This document shows positions 60,076 through 64,000 of a stretch of 64,000 nucleotides of DNA, piece after piece. Position 1 is the stretch's first letter, and each line of letters starts with the position of its first letter. The translations under genes and the position numbers were made by a program. The notes beneath the pieces are model-generated. The model was not told the DNA's origin. It searched no databases and saw only the letters and a program-made list of their open reading frames with translations. Where the stretch lies: NCBI GenBank assembly GCA_964576565.1, contig CAZNVL010000001.1:19856-83855 (forward strand). The letters are read 5' to 3'. The DNA is from an uncultured Flavobacteriaceae bacterium (lineage in GTDB: Bacteria > Bacteroidota > Bacteroidia > B-17B0 > Aurantibacillaceae).

Positions 60076-61614
60076 TTAAAAATCATAAAATATATTGTAA
60101 AGTGCTGTCTGCAATTGAAGGTAAATATAATTAGAATTTTGATTAGTCATTTGTCTGTTTTCAACACCTAAATTGATCATTAAATTGTAAGAAGGATTCA
60201 ATACAAAACCTAATAAAAATTTACTATACACCACATTATTATTTATTTTATCCTGTGAATGTATTTGAAAAGCACCCACCCATCGCTTCTTTTTAAGAGC
60301 CAACATACTCACTAATTCATTTCCAAATTCAGGAGTGTACGCTAAATTTTGATTAAAATGTGTGTAGGAGTTGTTAGCATATATATCTGAAGTCGTAGCA
60401 GTATACATATTGCTTTTTACATCGTTCCATTCTGATAAAAACATTATCCGCCAGTCCTTCCATTTTGCCAGCCATTTCAATCCAATCTGATAAGCATACG
60501 CCTCGTCCTGTTTAGAAAAACGCGATTCATCATCCAGAACAAACTGCCCGTATACCATTAATACTTTGAATAATTTTTGTTGGAAATCTACTCCTGCCAG
60601 AACATTATTTTTTTGTTGCATTCCATAATATGCAAGTTGTGAAAACAACACAGGGCTAAACAACATCGCCTCTCCTCGCCATATATTTTTTCTGTCTGCT
60701 ACTTCACCAATAACACTTTGAAACAAACCCACCCGTGTATGTTTTGAAATACCTACATTCAAATACTGATACATAAAAATTTTCTTTTGAAACAAACGCT
60801 CTGTATTCTTTGGAATATTCTGTGAAGCAGACACTAAATTGTTCAACATCGCATAATTGCAAATGTAATGCAATCGCCCTTTCCACCAAATTTGCTCCAC
60901 TTTGATATACGGATACACAAACGCATTATCACTTAATAACAATGACCGATACCCATTTCCAATTTTTTGCTTACCCGTACCCAATGTGATATTCAGATTT
61001 TTCGTGGCCTGCACGCTCACTATTCCCGCACTAAATGCATAATCAAAGCCACTATTTTTAAATGCTTTCCATCTTCCTTGTCCCGGCACAACACCGGTTG
61101 ATTTGGAATATTGATATAAATACGTTGGAAAAACCGATTGATTTTCGGATAACATAGTTTCAATATACACTCTGTCAAATTGCACCGATGCTATAAACCC
61201 GCGTGTATTCGTATAAGCTGAAAATGAACTATCGCCGCTCACTTTTCCTTTTTGAAAATTTATCAACGGATTGATCCGTATATGAAACGCTTTCTGACGA
61301 ATAGATACCACATCTTTTTCAAACATAATATCTAAAGCAGGATCGTTTTTAATGTATTTAAACATTCTAAAATTAGTATCAACATTGGGATACTGTTGAT
61401 ACACAAAAGGATGGAGCGGATAAACATTCGTTGGTAGAATGGTATCGGATTTTAGTAGGGAATAATCCTGAATGTTTTGAAACAACCAATGATTAGGTAA
61501 AGACGAAAACTGAGCCCAAACGATTGATGAATAAAAAAAAACGAAGAAAAAAAATAAATTACTTCGGGAAAAAGTATTGATTTTAAAAAACAAAAAGTTT
61601 GCCACACCTTGCAT
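60076..61614 (-). CDS. large outer-membrane beta-barrel-like protein, function unknown
   Basis: The ATG at 61614 is used. Signal peptide ...FFVFFYSSIVWAQ. The C-terminus ends ...NIFYDF with a terminal Phe. Confidence 0.55.
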   Translation of the reverse strand: MQGVANFLFFKINTFSRSNLFFFFVFFYSSIVWAQFSSLPNHWLFQNIQDYSLLKSDTILPTNVYPLHPFVYQQYPNVDTNFRMFKYIKNDPALDIMFEKDVVSIRQKAFHIRINPLINFQKGKVSGDSSFSAYTNTRGFIASVQFDRVYIETMLSENQSVFPTYLYQYSKSTGVVPGQGRWKAFKNSGFDYAFSAGIVSVQATKNLNITLGTGKQKIGNGYRSLLLSDNAFVYPYIKVEQIWWKGRLHYICNYAMLNNLVSASQNIPKNTERLFQKKIFMYQYLNVGISKHTRVGLFQSVIGEVADRKNIWRGEAMLFSPVLFSQLAYYGMQQKNNVLAGVDFQQKLFKVLMVYGQFVLDDESRFSKQDEAYAYQIGLKWLAKWKDWRIMFLSEWNDVKSNMYTATTSDIYANNSYTHFNQNLAYTPEFGNELVSMLALKKKRWVGAFQIHSQDKINNNVVYSKFLLGFVLNPSYNLMINLGVENRQMTNQNSNYIYLQLQTALYNIFYDF

Positions 61615-61652
61615 CGTGAGCAAACTTACTGAAAAAAATGCTAATTTGGATA

Positions 61653-61856
61653 TTACTTCAAAGTACCTTTTTCTTCGGCTTCTTTGTTGAGTTGCGGAAT
61701 TTTGTACATCCAGTAAAACAAAAGCCCTACAATGATGCCGCCTAACAGCATATTGGGCTTATGACCGAGTGCTCTTAAAATTGGGAAAATACCATTGGTG
61801 CATAAGTCACCGATACCATAAAAAATATCTGTCCACGTAATCATTAATTTCAGCAT
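61653..61856 (-). CDS. small two-TM membrane protein
   Basis: The ATG at 61856 gives MLKLMITWTDIFYGIGDLC...GGIIVGLLFYWMYKIPQLNKE. The listed TTG start at 61874 lies inside the -7 box. Confidence 0.5.
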   Translation of the reverse strand: MLKLMITWTDIFYGIGDLCTNGIFPILRALGHKPNMLLGGIIVGLLFYWMYKIPQLNKEAEEKGTLK

Positions 61857-61871
61857 AAAAAATATTTTGGG

Positions 61872-61879
61872 CAAATATA
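61872..61879 (-). promoter_or_regulatory. Bacteroidetes-type -7 box (TAnnTTTG)
   Basis: The minus strand reads TATATTTG 16 nt upstream of the ATG at 61856. Confidence 0.4.
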
Positions 61880-61917
61880 CGAAGGAAATTTTATTTTTAT
61901 TTTATTTTTTTTAGCAG

Positions 61918-61925
61918 TAGTTTTG
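61918..61925 (+). promoter_or_regulatory. Bacteroidetes-type -7 box (TAnnTTTG)
   Basis: TAGTTTTG lies 30 nt upstream of the ATG at 61956. Confidence 0.4.
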
Positions 61926-61955
61926 CTTTGAAAAATTGGTTTACATCGCTCATTT

Positions 61956-64000
61956 ATGGCATATAAAACGAATATTAAAGAAGAAGAATTAAAAAACAAA
62001 GTAGCCGATGATTATTTTTGGTTATACGATTGTTCAAAGATTATTGGAAATATAGATTTTTGTGTTGGTATTCACAAAAGTGATTTGAATAGTGAGTTTG
62101 AATCTTTATTCTGGGCTGAAGCCAAAAAAGGAATATCGGATGTTTACAAATCTATTACACAATTAATACTCACTATCGGAAAGGAAAGAACTTTTGATAA
62201 ATATCTACCGCCTTCGTATTTAGGGGCTTTTGATGCTGAAAAAATTGCTTTTATTCCTTTCGATAAAATTTATGATATTTTTTATATTAATGACTTTAAC
62301 TGGAAGGTACCACCATCCAATCATCAAACAAAAGAGTTTCAATTAATTTTTAATAAAGTCAAAACTATCATTGACGCTAACGCCTTACTTTTCTTTTTTG
62401 AGAAAGATAATAAAGAATTAAAGAAATTTATAAAACAAAATTTTATTATTGGTAAATTTGGAATATCTAAAATTAAAATAGATAAAAATAATTTTTTGAA
62501 TATATATAACAAATGGTTAGAACAAGTTAAGCCATCAATTGCAGTAAATTGGGAAAAAGCAAAAGAATTTGGAATTATTGATGGAGATTTCTACTTAGCC
62601 GATTTATTATCCTCTGATAACATCACTCTGAAAGACAAACTTTTTGTATTATTGAAAAAAGATCATTATGAATTAGACAGAAAAATTGATGAAACCGGAA
62701 TGTTTACAAGTAAAAGAACAGAATTTAATGACGGACAAAAAGCGCACAGTCAATTTTGGAACAAATACGAAAGACCACCCAAACAAGAATATTGGGATTA
62801 TATTGTAGAAAGAAGGGATTTACTTGTTCCACAAGATATAAGAGAAAGAAAAGGTAGTTTTTTCACACCTCAAAAATGGGTAGAGTTATCACAAGAATAC
62901 CTCACATCTACATTAGGTGAAAATTGGCAAGATGAATACTTTGTGTGGGATTGTGCCGCAGGTACAGGAAATTTATTAAATGGTCTTACTAACAAATATA
63001 ATGTATGGGCATCCACATTAGATAAACAAGATGTAGAAGTCATGCATGATAGAATTAGTAATGGTGCCAATTTATTGCACGACCACGTCTTTCAGTTTGA
63101 TTTTTTAAATGATGACTTGATTCCTGTTTCAAAAGGTGGGAAAATACCCGATAAACTATATGATATTATTCGCACGCCAGAAAATCGTAAAAAATTAGTA
63201 ATTTATATCAATCCACCCTATGCCGAAGTATCAAGTACTATTGGCAAAGGGAAAGCAGGCGTTAATAAATCAAAAATTCATGAGAAATATTCCAATCACA
63301 TTGGCACAGCAGGCAGAGAACTTTTTGCATTATTTCTCATTAGAATATATTGTGAAATTCCCGGTTGTATTATTGCTGAATTTTCTACACTAAAAGCATT
63401 ACAGGGCGCAGCGTTTTCCAAATTCAGAAATCTTTTCAAAGCCGAACTCAAAAGTATTTTTATTGTACCTGCTTATACATTTGATAATGTAAATGGTCAA
63501 TTTCCTATTGGCTTCAAAGTATGGAACACAGCCGTTTCAAAACCTTTTAAGAAAATTAAAGCGGATGTATATGATGAAAATGGTAATTTGATACTCAAAA
63601 AATCTATCATTTCTGTACCAAAATCAAAGTTCATTAGTAATTGGATTAACTTGTATAAAAACGATAATTCAAAATATATTATCGGTTTTCTGGCAGGTAC
63701 TAATGGCAATGATTTTCAACATAATAATATTGTTTACATTCTAAATCACAAAAAGCAAATGCCCAATCCACGTGGAATTTGGATATCTCATGAAAATATA
63801 ATTCCTGTTGCCGTTTACTTTGCAGTAAGGCATTGCTTTGAAGCAAACTGGTTAAACGATAGAGATCAGTTTTTAGTTCCAACAAATGATTGGGAACAAG
63901 ATAAAGAGTTTCAAAATGACTGCTTGGCATTCACTCTTTTTCATGGACAAAATAAAATTTCATGTGAAAAAGGTGTTAATCATTGGATTCCCTTTTCAGA
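61956..64000 (+). CDS. N6-adenine DNA methyltransferase (gamma-class) with N-terminal nuclease-like region; Type IIG-like R-M enzyme; 3' end outside window
   Basis: Not in the supplied track. My own translation from the ATG at 61956 is open for 681 codons to the window edge. Motifs found: GSFFTPQKWV (about 62853), motif I VWDCAAGTGNLL (62949 onward), and motif IV IYINPPYAE (NPPY at 63210-63221). Confidence 0.85.
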   Translation, partial: MAYKTNIKEEELKNKVADDYFWLYDCSKIIGNIDFCVGIHKSDLNSEFESLFWAEAKKGISDVYKSITQLILTIGKERTFDKYLPPSYLGAFDAEKIAFIPFDKIYDIFYINDFNWKVPPSNHQTKEFQLIFNKVKTIIDANALLFFFEKDNKELKKFIKQNFIIGKFGISKIKIDKNNFLNIYNKWLEQVKPSIAVNWEKAKEFGIIDGDFYLADLLSSDNITLKDKLFVLLKKDHYELDRKIDETGMFTSKRTEFNDGQKAHSQFWNKYERPPKQEYWDYIVERRDLLVPQDIRERKGSFFTPQKWVELSQEYLTSTLGENWQDEYFVWDCAAGTGNLLNGLTNKYNVWASTLDKQDVEVMHDRISNGANLLHDHVFQFDFLNDDLIPVSKGGKIPDKLYDIIRTPENRKKLVIYINPPYAEVSSTIGKGKAGVNKSKIHEKYSNHIGTAGRELFALFLIRIYCEIPGCIIAEFSTLKALQGAAFSKFRNLFKAELKSIFIVPAYTFDNVNGQFPIGFKVWNTAVSKPFKKIKADVYDENGNLILKKSIISVPKSKFISNWINLYKNDNSKYIIGFLAGTNGNDFQHNNIVYILNHKKQMPNPRGIWISHENIIPVAVYFAVRHCFEANWLNDRDQFLVPTNDWEQDKEFQNDCLAFTLFHGQNKISCEKGVNHWIPFS

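Noticed and set aside
60076-61614. Calling the 512-aa outer-membrane protein a Wzi-type capsule assembly protein
   Set aside because: The only support is its size, its OMP character and its proximity to a WecA-like gene. I could not recall a diagnostic motif, so I left it as unknown.
62870-63930. Minus-strand ORFs 62870-63070, 63497-63709 and 63700-63930
   Set aside because: They are antisense to the long uninterrupted plus-strand methyltransferase frame, which carries canonical motifs.
1-64000. Search for rRNA, tRNA, CRISPR arrays, IS elements, integrases and prophage genes
   Set aside because: There are no GC-rich structured intergenic islands, no regularly spaced direct repeats, and no transposase, integrase or recombinase-like ORFs. 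Outside the regions discussed above, intergenic gaps are short (mostly under 130 nt).

Overview
AT-rich Bacteroidota chromosomal segment. The phylum call rests on the gldK/L/M/N type IX secretion (T9SS) and gliding core, T9SS C-terminal sorting domains, and TAnnTTTG -7 promoter boxes about 15-45 nt upstream of several start codons. The order or genus cannot be resolved from sequence alone. Coding density is high and several gene junctions overlap (ATGA or TAATG), which suggests translational coupling.

Most of the window is housekeeping:
- Metabolism and cofactors: methylmalonyl-CoA mutase (5' partial), folA, bioB, serC, an aminotransferase, kynurenine 3-monooxygenase, pirin, fcl, nadK.
- DNA and RNA: rarA, ung, polA, rpsP, rsmD, an rRNA m5C methyltransferase, and an AddA-like/AddB-like helicase-nuclease pair.
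- Envelope and redox: msrA, msrB, waaA, a lipid kinase, a WecA-like transferase.

Accessory-looking parts:
1. A compact porP-gldKLMN unit with one extra unknown exported gene, closed by a clear terminator.
2. An HTH regulator transcribed divergently from two giant Asn/Thr/Gly-rich T9SS cargo genes (1109 and 1747 aa).
3. A lipoprotein plus a divergent sigma/anti-sigma-like pair.
4. Two tandem paralogous membrane proteins of unknown function.
5. A membrane MauE-thioredoxin fusion, NUDIX and exported MsrB cluster.
6. At the extreme 3' end, a long open frame (61956 to beyond 64000) that is absent from the supplied ORF track because it has no stop codon in the window. It encodes a gamma-class N6-adenine DNA methyltransferase with a nuclease-like N-terminus (Type IIG-like).

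I found no rRNA, tRNA, CRISPR array, transposase or integrase. I cannot demonstrate a novel system from sequence alone. The best candidates are items 1, 2, 4 and 6. All family assignments come from motif recognition by eye, with no database search.
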